Of a stretch of 63,038 nucleotides of DNA, positions 1-9,549 are shown in pieces. The notes under the pieces are model-generated. The model was given only the letters and a program-made list of their open reading frames with translations. It was not told the origin of the DNA and searched no databases. The position numbers and the translations under genes are program-made. This stretch comes from Halieaceae bacterium. GTDB taxonomy: Bacteria > Pseudomonadota > Gammaproteobacteria > Pseudomonadales > Halieaceae. Location: assembly GCA_018657645.1 (NCBI GenBank), contig JABHWT010000164.1, positions 1 through 63,038 of the forward strand, in the 5' to 3' direction. Each line of letters begins with the position of its first letter. The stretch's first letter is position 1.

Positions 1-231
1 CACCTGCCCTTCCATTTGATCAAAGCCCAGGAGAATCGACATTGTGTTCAGCATCTGACGAGCCTGACTATCTGCATCGGTACCAGCCAGCGTATCGATG
101 CCAAGCCTTACAATCTGCGATTTTTCAATTGTCCCGGTCAGCGTCAACACGGGTTGAGTCACTCCCGGATACAACAGCCCCAGTGCAGTGATTATCACCA
201 AAACAGTGAGTAATTTTCGCTTGAATGTCAT
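1..231 (-). CDS. partial CDS (N-terminal 77 codons, continues past window start); small membrane-anchored protein, possibly PqiA-like
   Basis: ATG at 231-229 on the minus strand, open to position 1. Translation is MTFKRKLLTVLVIITALGLLYPGVTQPVLTLTGTIEKSQIV..., with an N-terminal TM helix. Absent from the ORF track because there is no stop in the window. The family guess rests only on recollection of similar N-termini. Confidence 0.4.
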   Translation of the reverse strand, partial: MTFKRKLLTVLVIITALGLLYPGVTQPVLTLTGTIEKSQIVRLGIDTLAGTDADSQARQMLNTMSILLGFDQMEGQV

Positions 232-295
232 ATATAAGTTCCCAAACCAGAGGTCATCAAACAAAAAGGCAGGTCGTACAAACGGCAATACAAAG

Positions 296-1675
296 CTACA
301 CCAACAGCAGGTAACAAATACAACTAACGATGGCGACACCAACAAAGTTCAAGGTTACGCCTTCTCGCGCCATCACTTTGGTACTAATCAGACCCGTGCC
401 AAAAACTACCGAGTTAGGTGCAGTTGCCACCGGCAACATGAAGGCACAACTGGCACTGATGGCCGCAGGAACCATCATGACCTCCGGTGCAATACCGGAT
501 GCCAGCGCTGCCGCCGCCAATACCGGCATTAACAGCGCGGTACTTGCCGTATTGGAAGTTGCCTCAGTCATAAAAGTAACCACCAGGCAAATGAGCGCTA
601 TTAACAACCAGACGTGTAGCTGTGTCATCGCGGCGAGCCAGTCCCCCATCAAACCACTGAGCCCGGAGCTCAGGAACCCCTTTGCCAGGCAAATGCCCCC
701 CGCAAATAGCAGCAGAACGCCCCAGGGAATCGAAGCTGCTCGATCCCAGTCCAACAGCCGCCCGCCCTTACCATTGGGAACAATAAACATGCATACGACG
801 GCCAACAATGCCACTGAGGCGTCATTGGCCTGGGGCATATCAAACCAGGTTTTCCAACCGCCAAAGGGCTCGCTTCGTGTAATCCAGGCCAGCGCAGTCA
901 ACCCGAACACTGCCATTACCCGCCTCTCCTCAGACCGCCAGGCACCGACAACCGGTAATTGCACCGACAGAGATCCACCCAATCCTCGGGTGAGGATAAA
1001 AGCCATGACCGGTACCATTAAAGCCACCACCGGCACGCCCCACGCCATCCATTGAGTGAAGCTGATGGTGTTGCCCGTTGTCTCCTCGTAGACCTGCATA
1101 AAGATCAGGTTAGGAGGCGTTCCGATGGGTGTGCCAATGCCACCCACACTGGCAGCATATGCAATTCCCAATAGTAATGGTGTGGCCAGCCTGGCCCGAT
1201 CTTTGGTCGCATCGAGCACTGCTAATGCCACGGGTAACAGCATCAGGGTCGTTGCGGTATTAGATATCCACATGCTTAACACTGCAGCGGCAGCCATAAA
1301 CCCCATCACCAGTCGCCTGCCACTATTGGCGCCGAACAGGCGCACCATGCCCATTGCAATTCGGCGATGCGCCCCGGAATGCTCCATGGCCTTGGACAAT
1401 AAAAACCCGCCCAGAAGCAACAGAATCAGAGGCGAACCGTAGGCCTGGCCCACCTGTGCGGGGGTCAGCACACCTGTCAGCGGCAAAATGGCCAGGGGCA
1501 GCAATGATGTGACCGGGATCGGGATTGGCTCAAACATCCACCAGCTCACACAGAGCACAGCGACAAATCCAACTATGGCCATATCGGCGCCATGGCCGGC
1601 CTTGGTAATCAGGACCGCTACCGCAGCTGCAGTCAAAGGCCCCAGCCAGGCAGCCCAGGAACGGATGCTCGACAC
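296..1675 (-). CDS. SLC13/DASS-family sodium:anion symporter (sulfate or di/tricarboxylate type)
   Basis: 459-aa polytopic ORF with duplicated SNT hairpin motifs (SNTATTLMLLPV and SNTASTALLMPV) typical of DASS permeases. Confidence 0.85.
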   Translation of the reverse strand: MSSIRSWAAWLGPLTAAAVAVLITKAGHGADMAIVGFVAVLCVSWWMFEPIPIPVTSLLPLAILPLTGVLTPAQVGQAYGSPLILLLLGGFLLSKAMEHSGAHRRIAMGMVRLFGANSGRRLVMGFMAAAAVLSMWISNTATTLMLLPVALAVLDATKDRARLATPLLLGIAYAASVGGIGTPIGTPPNLIFMQVYEETTGNTISFTQWMAWGVPVVALMVPVMAFILTRGLGGSLSVQLPVVGAWRSEERRVMAVFGLTALAWITRSEPFGGWKTWFDMPQANDASVALLAVVCMFIVPNGKGGRLLDWDRAASIPWGVLLLFAGGICLAKGFLSSGLSGLMGDWLAAMTQLHVWLLIALICLVVTFMTEATSNTASTALLMPVLAAAALASGIAPEVMMVPAAISASCAFMLPVATAPNSVVFGTGLISTKVMAREGVTLNFVGVAIVSCICYLLLV

Positions 1676-1677
1676 TA

Positions 1678-2760
1678 TTATAATCCCCTGGAGATTGGGT
1701 ATTTTATCATTCTGTCTCCGGTGTAGGAGCCAATGTATAAGTAACCATTTTGTTCGACGGCCACGGTTCCTGCGCCCATGGGTGGCCCCTCGTGATCCAG
1801 TACTACCCTTGTATCGAGGGTTTGCGGGTCGATTTCCACAATGGAGAACGGCAGCATGCTGGGTTCGCCACCTCCACCACCGGTACTGGTTACAATTTTA
1901 AGCATGGACGAGGTATGTGAAGCCACCAGCAGCTGCCCCTTGAGGCTCCAGCTGGCATTGTCGGGTTTGTCCACAGATACGGTACCCACCCGTTTTCCGG
2001 ACTCGAGATCGTACTTTCGCACCTCGTCGTCAAAGTAAACATTGAGAAAAAAGCTCTTTCCATCCGGTGATACGGTAATGCCATTGGGCATTTTGCCCTG
2101 GGTGCCCTCAATCACTTCAAAACCGGTGTCGGCCTCCCAACGATATAGGAAACCAGTATCAACACCAAAAATGGCTTTAATAAGATTCCATACCGGTAGA
2201 CTGTCCTCATACATTTGACTGACAAGAAAACCGTCCCCCGGCAGAGCTGCCACATCATTGAAGTGGCTCTGCTTAGGCCCCTCGACACAACCTCTCCAAA
2301 TTAACCCCGGTCGCCCCTGCTCACCCTCAACCAGTTCAAAGAACTCAACAGACTCTCGCTCGCCGTGATTTACTACCAATAGCTTCCAGCGACCATCGGC
2401 TTGCTGGCTTATATCTATTCCATGTGGCCAGAATCTAGCCGGAGGTTCTGAACAAGCCCTGTCACCCCACAGTTCCTCCGCCCCAATAGTGGAGTCGGAG
2501 CCCGGGAACAGGGTATGGACACTTTGATTGTGAGTGTCGAGCAATGACAGTCGACCCTCGGCACTGTATTGACTGAAGATCAAGTCCCGCCCATTCGGCG
2601 CACGCACTATATCCTCGGGAGCGGTCAGCCCACATATCGATTCGATACCCTCGACTGTATCACAGCTCTCGGCCACCAGGGGCGAGGCTCCCAGGAACAT
2701 GACACAGCCCAGCACCAGTGCCCAAAATTCACCCATATTCACTCCGCTTGCCATTTTCAC
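1678..2760 (-). CDS. secreted six-bladed beta-propeller hydrolase, paraoxonase/arylesterase (SMP-30/PON)-like
   Basis: 360-aa ORF with a signal peptide. HGI and NGI..SPDG motifs plus overall PON-like layout. Ends 3 nt upstream of the DASS gene, so probably one operon. The start may be the internal Met at about 2736. Confidence 0.7.
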   Translation of the reverse strand: MKMASGVNMGEFWALVLGCVMFLGASPLVAESCDTVEGIESICGLTAPEDIVRAPNGRDLIFSQYSAEGRLSLLDTHNQSVHTLFPGSDSTIGAEELWGDRACSEPPARFWPHGIDISQQADGRWKLLVVNHGERESVEFFELVEGEQGRPGLIWRGCVEGPKQSHFNDVAALPGDGFLVSQMYEDSLPVWNLIKAIFGVDTGFLYRWEADTGFEVIEGTQGKMPNGITVSPDGKSFFLNVYFDDEVRKYDLESGKRVGTVSVDKPDNASWSLKGQLLVASHTSSMLKIVTSTGGGGGEPSMLPFSIVEIDPQTLDTRVVLDHEGPPMGAGTVAVEQNGYLYIGSYTGDRMIKYPISRGL

Positions 2761-2897
2761 TCCTGTAATCGGCCCTTATGCAGGCTTTCTTCTACTTCGT
2801 TGAGATTGTAGTGTATCGCCTATTTTTATGCGCCGCAGCAAACTGCTCCATAAAAGCGGGCTAGTGTACCGCGCCAGGAAAGACTACAATCCCCGCC

Positions 2898-3908
2898 ATG
2901 AAAATTCTACCTACTCACCTGACCGACCCGTTTCAGCGCACTATAGACTACGTTCGCCTGTCGGTCACAGATCGCTGTGATTTTCGCTGCGTGTATTGCA
3001 TGGCAGAAGAAATGACTTTTCTGCCAAAACCAAGCGTACTGACCCTGGAGGAGATTTATCAGGTAGGCCAGGCGTTTACAGAACTTGGAGTCTCCAAAGT
3101 TCGCCTGACCGGCGGTGAGCCCTTAATCCGCAACGGCATTATGGGATTGGTAGAACGATTGGGGCGTCTCGATGGACTGAACGAGTTGGTACTGACCACC
3201 AATGGCTCTCAATTACAACGCCTTGCGCCTCAACTACGCGATTTCGGCGTTAGGCGACTCAATATTAGTCTCGATAGCCTCCAGCCAAGGAAGTTTCGCC
3301 AATTAACGCGACACGGCAATCTGGATCAGGTCATCGCAGGCATTGACGCTGCCATTGAGGCAGGGTTTGAGAGGACAAAAATCAACGCCGTCATTCTCAA
3401 GGGACGCAATGAAGATGAAGTACTGGATTTAGTTGAATTCGTGCGCGACCGCCACATAGACATCGCCTTCATAGAGGAAATGCCTTTGGGTTTAATTGAC
3501 GAGCACGATCGAGCCCTGAGTTTTATGAGTAGCGACGAATTGCGCGAGATCATCAATGATCGCTACCCGCTCACATCTCTGGGCGATGCAACGGCTGAGG
3601 CCGCCGGTCCCGCCCATTACTTCACCCTTTCTGACAGCGAGTCGAGGATTGGTTTCATTTCCCCGCACAGTCATAATTTCTGTCATCTTTGCAACCGGGT
3701 GAGGGTTACAGTGGAGGGGCGATTGCTGCTGTGCCTGGGAAATGAACACTCAGTGGATTTGCGCGAGGTTTTACGAAGTGAAAACTACAGCCTCGACAGA
3801 CTTAAGTGGACAATTGTTGAGGCCATGAAACGCAAACCAGAGAAGCACTACATGAACGACAGTGACGGGCACGACATTGTTCGCTTCATGAGCATGACCG
3901 GCGGTTAA
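2898..3908 (+). CDS. moaA: GTP 3',8-cyclase MoaA (radical SAM, molybdenum cofactor biosynthesis)
   Basis: CDFRCVYC radical-SAM cluster motif, C-terminal [10 protein letters not shown] cluster motif, terminal GG. Collinear with E. coli MoaA. Confidence 0.95.
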   Translation: MKILPTHLTDPFQRTIDYVRLSVTDRCDFRCVYCMAEEMTFLPKPSVLTLEEIYQVGQAFTELGVSKVRLTGGEPLIRNGIMGLVERLGRLDGLNELVLTTNGSQLQRLAPQLRDFGVRRLNISLDSLQPRKFRQLTRHGNLDQVIAGIDAAIEAGFERTKINAVILKGRNEDEVLDLVEFVRDRHIDIAFIEEMPLGLIDEHDRALSFMSSDELREIINDRYPLTSLGDATAEAAGPAHYFTLSDSESRIGFISPHSHNFCHLCNRVRVTVEGRLLLCLGNEHSVDLREVLRSENYSLDRLKWTIVEAMKRKPEKHYMNDSDGHDIVRFMSMTGG

Positions 3909-3989
3909 GTTTTCACTATTTGAAGCGCCAGTGATTTTTTCGTATGCCTCTTGGCACACTCTGGCAAACTCCAATACGAGGTAGTGTAG

Positions 3990-4937
3990 GTGAACACACA
4001 CGATTTTCCCCAACTGTCATCTGTAACGAAAATCGAACAGGGTTTCGAATCTTACGGGTACATATGCAGCACCGAGATTGCAACAGCCGTATTTCTTGCC
4101 TTCCAATTACGCAAGCCAATTTTAGTGGAGGGACCACCAGGTGTGGGCAAGACCGAACTTGCCAAAACCACTTCACTGTTACTTGATGTTCCTTTAATTC
4201 GACTCCAGTGTTATGAAGGACTGGACGAAGCTAAAGCTCTGTATGAGTGGAAGTACGGTAAACAACTGCTCTATACCCAGGTATTGAAAGAAAAGCTGGG
4301 TGATTTATTGCGCGGCGCTCAGGGCCTGGCCGAGTCTGTTGAACGCCTCCACCAGTTCGGCGATATTTTCTATTCGGAGGATTTCCTTGAACCACGCCCA
4401 CTACTCAAAGCCATGCAACAGGAAAGCGGTGCAATACTGTTAATCGATGAGGTTGACAAATCCGACTACGAGTTTGAGTCACTGCTGCTCGAAATTCTAT
4501 CCGATTACCAGGTATCCATTCCTGAAATTGGTACGGTAAAAGCTGTTACTTCGCCCATGGTGTTTCTTACCAGTAACAACTCACGGGATCTAAGTGATGC
4601 GTTGAAGCGCCGCTGCCTGCACCTGTATATCCCCTTCCCCACAGTCGAGTTGGAGGATCGCATTGTCAGGTCCAGAGTTCCGGACATCAACGAGGTGCTG
4701 CGCCACCAACTGGTGCAGTTCGTCCATTCACTCCGACAACTGGACCTGAAGAAAAATCCCTCTATTTCAGAAACCATAGACTGGGCCCGCAGCCTTATTC
4801 TCCTGCACGCGGACCAACTCGACGAGGACTTGATTCGACGGACACTTAACCTGCTACTGAAGTTCGAGGATGACATTGAAGCGACAGAGCCGGAGTTGCG
4901 CGGTTTGCTCCTCGATGCAACTGGCCCCTCTACCTGA
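3990..4937 (+). CDS. MoxR-class AAA+ ATPase (CoxD-like subgroup)
   Basis: Walker A GPPGVGKT, Walker B ILLIDEVDKS. The 315-aa size and sequence are typical of MoxR/CoxD chaperone ATPases. Confidence 0.9.
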   Translation: MNTHDFPQLSSVTKIEQGFESYGYICSTEIATAVFLAFQLRKPILVEGPPGVGKTELAKTTSLLLDVPLIRLQCYEGLDEAKALYEWKYGKQLLYTQVLKEKLGDLLRGAQGLAESVERLHQFGDIFYSEDFLEPRPLLKAMQQESGAILLIDEVDKSDYEFESLLLEILSDYQVSIPEIGTVKAVTSPMVFLTSNNSRDLSDALKRRCLHLYIPFPTVELEDRIVRSRVPDINEVLRHQLVQFVHSLRQLDLKKNPSISETIDWARSLILLHADQLDEDLIRRTLNLLLKFEDDIEATEPELRGLLLDATGPST

Positions 4938-4946
4938 TATTTCCCA

Positions 4947-6365
4947 ATGCAGTCAAAGCTAATCAACTTCATTCAGGTTTTGCGTACTCACGATGTGAGA
5001 GTGTCTCCGGCCGAAACCCTGGACGCTATGGCTGTAGCGGGTACGCTTGGCTTTGACGAGCGCATTTATCTACGCAGTGGCCTGTCGATGGCCCTGGCAA
5101 AAACACCCGAAGAAAAAGCCATTTTCGCGCGTTGTTTCGACCGCTTCTTTCAGCATGAGCTGGCAGATTTCTCTGACCAGGAACAACTTGGAGAGCAGCC
5201 GGAGGACGGCGATGCTGAGTACACGGAGAACTCCGACAGGGACAGCGAACTTGAACATGACGACTCCTCCCTCTTGGAAGTCGCTGCCCGCGACAACGAT
5301 GCACTGCAGGCAGTTCTGGATATGCCGCTGATGCAAAGTTTACAGCAGAACGACCGCAATGAACTCAGTCTTGCTATGACTCGAGCCGGCGAAGCGGTGG
5401 GGCTTCAACAGATTCAAATGTTCACTCAAAAGGGCCAGTACACGCGCAAAATCCTCGACCAACTGGGCGAGGCCCATATTCGACAGGCAGTAATTGATCT
5501 GGAGAGAGAGCAAAGCCCTGCCCTGGCACAGCTTCAGCGCTACCGGGATTTACTAAGAGAGCAGGTGCGAGACTATGTTGAGCGGGAATACCTGCTGCAT
5601 GCCGAGGGCAAGAACAAGCAGTTCATGGATGAGATCCTCGGCAAAACAAAGTTGAACAATATCGAACACCTGTACATGCACAAAGTGCACGAATTGGTGC
5701 GCAAAATGGCAAAGAAGCTGGCAGCCCGCCACGCTCGCAAGCGAAAGGTAACCAAACGCGGCCAACTAAACATGTCCAAAACCATTCGCGCCGGTATTCC
5801 GCACGACGGTATTATGTTCAAAACCTATTGGAAGCAGGTCCACAAAGACAAGCCTCAAATTCTGGCGGTCTGTGATGTCAGTGGATCAGTGGCAGCCTAC
5901 GCCAAGTTTCTATTGTTGTTCCTGTATAGCCTGCAGGATATTTTACCCAAAGTACGCAGCTTCGCTTTTTCCAGTCATCTGGGCGAAGTCAGCGAGTTTT
6001 TTGCTAATTATCCGGTTGAGAAAGCCATTGAACTGGTTAACTGGAAATACGGCGGCGCTACTGATTACGGCAACAGCCTGCTGGACTTCGCCAACCTGGC
6101 ACTGGACGATATTAACAACAATACTACGATTATCATTCTGGGGGACGCCCGCAATAATAACGGAGACCCCAAGCTGGAGATCATGCAAAGTATTTATCAG
6201 CGTGCTCGCCAGGTAATCTGGCTCAACCCGGAATCGCGAAGAGCCTGGGGAACCGGCGACTCGGAAATGCTACGCTATCAGAGCACCTGTCATTTTACTG
6301 CTGAATGCAACAATCTGAAGCAACTGGAGAGAATTGTGGACCAACTATTAAGAAGTACCCGCTGA
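4947..6365 (+). CDS. VWA domain protein, CoxE-like partner of the MoxR ATPase
   Basis: Starts 9 nt after the ATPase. CoxE-type N-terminus (FIQVLRTHDVRVSPAETLDA), acidic linker, and a C-terminal VWA fold with a MIDAS-like DVSGS motif. Confidence 0.85.
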   Translation: MQSKLINFIQVLRTHDVRVSPAETLDAMAVAGTLGFDERIYLRSGLSMALAKTPEEKAIFARCFDRFFQHELADFSDQEQLGEQPEDGDAEYTENSDRDSELEHDDSSLLEVAARDNDALQAVLDMPLMQSLQQNDRNELSLAMTRAGEAVGLQQIQMFTQKGQYTRKILDQLGEAHIRQAVIDLEREQSPALAQLQRYRDLLREQVRDYVEREYLLHAEGKNKQFMDEILGKTKLNNIEHLYMHKVHELVRKMAKKLAARHARKRKVTKRGQLNMSKTIRAGIPHDGIMFKTYWKQVHKDKPQILAVCDVSGSVAAYAKFLLLFLYSLQDILPKVRSFAFSSHLGEVSEFFANYPVEKAIELVNWKYGGATDYGNSLLDFANLALDDINNNTTIIILGDARNNNGDPKLEIMQSIYQRARQVIWLNPESRRAWGTGDSEMLRYQSTCHFTAECNNLKQLERIVDQLLRSTR

Positions 6366-6371
6366 TCTGGC

Positions 6372-6572
6372 ATGAAGTATTACTGCAAAGATTGCAGTTA
6401 CCACGGGTCTTCAAGTGATCAAAGTGGGCGGTGTCCAGCTTGCGGGTCGTATAGCATCGCTCGAAGGTCCGAGTCACCAACGGAAGAGCCACCCAAAAAG
6501 TACCGCCTTGTTATCATGATAATGCTCTGGGCCTGCTTATTCGTATTGATTTTCAGGAAACTCGACGTCTGA
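6372..6572 (+). CDS. 66-aa zinc-ribbon protein with C-terminal TM anchor (hypothetical)
   Basis: Starts 6 nt after the VWA stop. Two CxxC pairs (CKDC ... CPAC) followed by the hydrophobic helix LVIMIMLWACLFVLIF. No family recognised. Confidence 0.45.
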   Translation: MKYYCKDCSYHGSSSDQSGRCPACGSYSIARRSESPTEEPPKKYRLVIMIMLWACLFVLIFRKLDV

Positions 6573-6596
6573 GTCGCGATGAATCCAGCGCACTCT

Positions 6597-7736
6597 CTAG
6601 AAAAAGTCGCTTTCGTGCTCTTCCTCTCGCGACTCGAGACTCAAGCCGGATGAATCCTCTTCTGATGCGCTTGCCTCGGGATCCGAAAACTTAATCTTCA
6701 GGCGAACGTTATTTGGTGAGTCGGCATTTTTCAGTGCTTCCTCCTCGCTAATCAAACCGTTTTTGAACAGTTCGTACATTGCCGTATCAAAAGTCTTCAT
6801 TCCTTGTATTTCGGATTTTTTCATAACCTCCTTAATACCCTCAAACTCGCCTTTTAAAATCAGGTCTTTAACGATTGGGGTTCCCAGCAGTACCTCAATA
6901 CCAGCGCACCGCTTCCCGTCAACAGTGGAAACCAGGCGCTGTGATACAAAGGCCTGTAAGTTAGTAGATAAATCCATCAGTAGTTGGGAGCGACGATCTT
7001 CCGGAAAGAAATTAATAATGCGGTCCAGCGCCTGGTTCGAGTTATTGGCATGTAAGGTGGAAATACAGAGGTGGCCGGTTTCAGCAAAAGCCAGGGCATG
7101 CTCCATAGTTTCTCGATCTCGGATCTCACCTATAAGAATAACATCCGGTGCCTGACGCAAGGTATTCTTCAGTGCATTGTGCCAATTGCGCGTATCGACA
7201 CCGACTTCTCGTTGATTAACAATACATTTCTTGTGCCGGTGTACATATTCGATGGGATCCTCAATGGTCACGATGTGCCCACTACTATTGATATTGCGGT
7301 AATCGATAAGTGCTGCCAGGGAGGTCGACTTTCCCGAGCCCGTAGCCCCTACAAACAATACCAGACCACGTTTTTTCATTACCACTTCGGTCAGTATTGA
7401 TGGTAATCCAAGATCCTTCCAGTTGGGAATATCGGCAACAATATTCCTGGCCACCATGCTGACTTCATTACGCTGCAGGAAGATATTTACCCGGAAACGA
7501 CCATATCCCGAAACCGAGGTAGCGAGGTTCATCTCAAGTTCTTGTTCAAACTGAGCTTGCTGGGTAGAATCCATAAGATCATAGGCGATGCCCTTAATTT
7601 CACCCGGTTTCAAGGATTCGGCGCCTATGGGTTTGAGTCTGCCCTCGAATTTGGCACAAGGCGGTGCTCCGGTACTCAGGTAAAGATCGGATCCGCCTTT
7701 GGTGGACAGCGCCTTCAGCCACTCAATGAGTCTCAC
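6597..7736 (-). CDS. pilU: type IV pilus retraction ATPase PilU
   Basis: 379 aa, Walker A GATGSGKST, and collinear with P. aeruginosa PilU including the C-terminal extension that PilT lacks. Confidence 0.9.
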   Translation of the reverse strand: MRLIEWLKALSTKGGSDLYLSTGAPPCAKFEGRLKPIGAESLKPGEIKGIAYDLMDSTQQAQFEQELEMNLATSVSGYGRFRVNIFLQRNEVSMVARNIVADIPNWKDLGLPSILTEVVMKKRGLVLFVGATGSGKSTSLAALIDYRNINSSGHIVTIEDPIEYVHRHKKCIVNQREVGVDTRNWHNALKNTLRQAPDVILIGEIRDRETMEHALAFAETGHLCISTLHANNSNQALDRIINFFPEDRRSQLLMDLSTNLQAFVSQRLVSTVDGKRCAGIEVLLGTPIVKDLILKGEFEGIKEVMKKSEIQGMKTFDTAMYELFKNGLISEEEALKNADSPNNVRLKIKFSDPEASASEEDSSGLSLESREEEHESDFF

Positions 7737-7948
7737 TTCTTGTCTCTCGTTCTTGTGATGCGAGTAGCTGGCTAGTCTAACACTAATGCTGTGAATAACC
7801 AGTCACCGACAGCCCTCTATACACCACTAATACTCTGAGCAAGGGTTCTATAGAGAACCCTCGTGGCATCGGGCATAATACCCACTATTCATTCAGAATC
7901 GGGGCCGTCTCCCTGCCCTGCTGTCATACACATTTAAAGGAGCTCTTC

Positions 7949-9535
7949 TTGCCCTCCCACTTACAGAAAGAACTGCTGATGCTTGGCGCCCCACAGAACC
8001 TCAATCTCGTCACGGGGATAAGCAGAGGCATTGAAAAAGAGAGCCTGAGGATCACACCCGATGGCCTGCTTGCCCAAACGCCACACGCAGCATCTCTGGG
8101 CTCTGCATTAACCCATCCATCCATTACAACGGATTACTCTGAAGCGTTGATGGAGTTTATTACTCCGGTTAGTCAAAGCATCGACCGAAGTATCGGCATG
8201 CTGGAAGATGTACATAGTTTTGTCTACCAGAATTTGGAAGACGAGATCCTCTGGTCCGCCAGCATGCCCTGTATTATGGCTGGCGATGACAGTATTTCCG
8301 TCGCCCAGTACGGCAGCTCCAACGTAGCCAGAATGAAAACAGCGTACCGCTATGGACTCGGCCACCGCTACGGTCGCCTGATGCAGGCCATTGCTGGCAT
8401 TCACTACAATTTCTCCATGCCCAGGGCTTATTGGGATCTGGCGTGGAATTCAGCGGGCCAACCGGGTGACATTAGCGATTATATTAATACCCGTTACCTT
8501 GGCCTGATACGCAATTTTCAGCATTATTCCTGGTTGCTGGTTTACCTGTATGGCGCCTCCCCTGCCGTCTGTTCCAGCTTTTTGCAAGGTCAGGACAACC
8601 ACGGACTGCAGGCCTTCGACGATCAATCCCGCAGTATGCACGCACCCTTCGGCACGTCGCTGAGAATGGGCGACATGGGTTACAACAGTAATGCACAGAA
8701 AGGCATGAATATATGTTACAACTCACTGGATGACTACATTGAGACCTTGCGTCGGGCGATCCTGCAACCCCACCCTGATTATGGCGCTATCAGTTGCGGC
8801 AAGAATGGAGACTACCAGCAGCTAAGTGACAGCTTGTTACAAATCGAGAATGAGTTTTACAGCCCGATTCGGCCCAAACGCGTGGCCTATTCTGGCGAAA
8901 CACCACTAAGCGCACTGCGCAGAAATGGCATTGAGTACATTGAAGTTCGTTGCATTGATGTCAACCCGTTCTTACCCGTAGGACTGGATGCCGGGCAAAT
9001 ACGTTTCATGGATACTTTTTTGTTATTCTGCCTGTTAGATAGCAACAAAGCCTGCACCGAGCAGGATCAGGCCACACAGCGTTCCAATCTTGAGGCTATT
9101 GTCAACAGAGGTAGACAACCCGGTCTCATGCTCACAACCGACTCGGGCGAACAGGCCTTCACCGACGTGGCCAATACCCTGCTCGACTCCATGCAAGATG
9201 TCGCTATCTTGCTGGACCGGGCCTTCGAATGCGAAGACTACACACACGCTCTTTCAGATCAAAAAGCCAAGATAGAGGACCCTGAACTGACCCCATCAGC
9301 ACGCATTCTGCGAGAAATGCGAGACAAGAATTTGCCCTTTTTTCGCCTGGCCATGGCCTACAGTCAGCGCTGGGCAGATCATTTTCATTCCCGCCAGTTG
9401 GACCCGGCAAGCCAGGCAAGGTTTGACCATGAAAGACAAGATTCCCTGCAAAGACAGATCGACCTGGAGCAGTCCGACAGCATCAGCTTCGAGCAGTACC
9501 TGAAGAACTTTTTCGAGCAGTACCAGTCGCTTTAG
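7949..9535 (+). CDS. gshA: glutamate-cysteine ligase
   Basis: Collinear with E. coli GshA (LGSALTHP.ITTD, IENE.YSPIRPKR, IEYIEVR). TTG start at 7949 lies 7 nt after AAGGAG. An alternative ATG is at 7979. Confidence 0.95.
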   Translation: MPSHLQKELLMLGAPQNLNLVTGISRGIEKESLRITPDGLLAQTPHAASLGSALTHPSITTDYSEALMEFITPVSQSIDRSIGMLEDVHSFVYQNLEDEILWSASMPCIMAGDDSISVAQYGSSNVARMKTAYRYGLGHRYGRLMQAIAGIHYNFSMPRAYWDLAWNSAGQPGDISDYINTRYLGLIRNFQHYSWLLVYLYGASPAVCSSFLQGQDNHGLQAFDDQSRSMHAPFGTSLRMGDMGYNSNAQKGMNICYNSLDDYIETLRRAILQPHPDYGAISCGKNGDYQQLSDSLLQIENEFYSPIRPKRVAYSGETPLSALRRNGIEYIEVRCIDVNPFLPVGLDAGQIRFMDTFLLFCLLDSNKACTEQDQATQRSNLEAIVNRGRQPGLMLTTDSGEQAFTDVANTLLDSMQDVAILLDRAFECEDYTHALSDQKAKIEDPELTPSARILREMRDKNLPFFRLAMAYSQRWADHFHSRQLDPASQARFDHERQDSLQRQIDLEQSDSISFEQYLKNFFEQYQSL

Positions 9536-9549
9536 CCGACGCGTGACCA

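Noticed and set aside
330-1055. Long ORFs antisense to well-supported genes. Examples: 330-1055 opposite the DASS permease, 14325-14996 opposite elbB, 21195-21863 opposite hemX/hemD, 26704-27273 opposite dapF, 30505-31029 opposite amtB, and 46632-47282 opposite the RND adaptor.
   Set aside because: Each lies fully inside a gene with strong family-level similarity on the other strand. Their translations are low-complexity and Arg/Ser/Pro/Ala-rich, as expected from antisense frames in moderately GC-rich DNA. No start-site signals were seen.
2761-2897. A Moco riboswitch upstream of moaA.
   Set aside because: I could not find the conserved elements I remember from the E. coli moaA leader (such as the CGCCUCCC and GGAAAGG-type segments). 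A covariance-model scan would be needed to exclude it properly.
3990-6572. The MoxR/VWA/zinc-ribbon trio as an anti-phage defence system.
   Set aside because: No nuclease, NADase, protease, helicase or other effector-like domain is present. The flanks are housekeeping genes. The CoxD/CoxE-like sequence features point to a cofactor-chaperone role.
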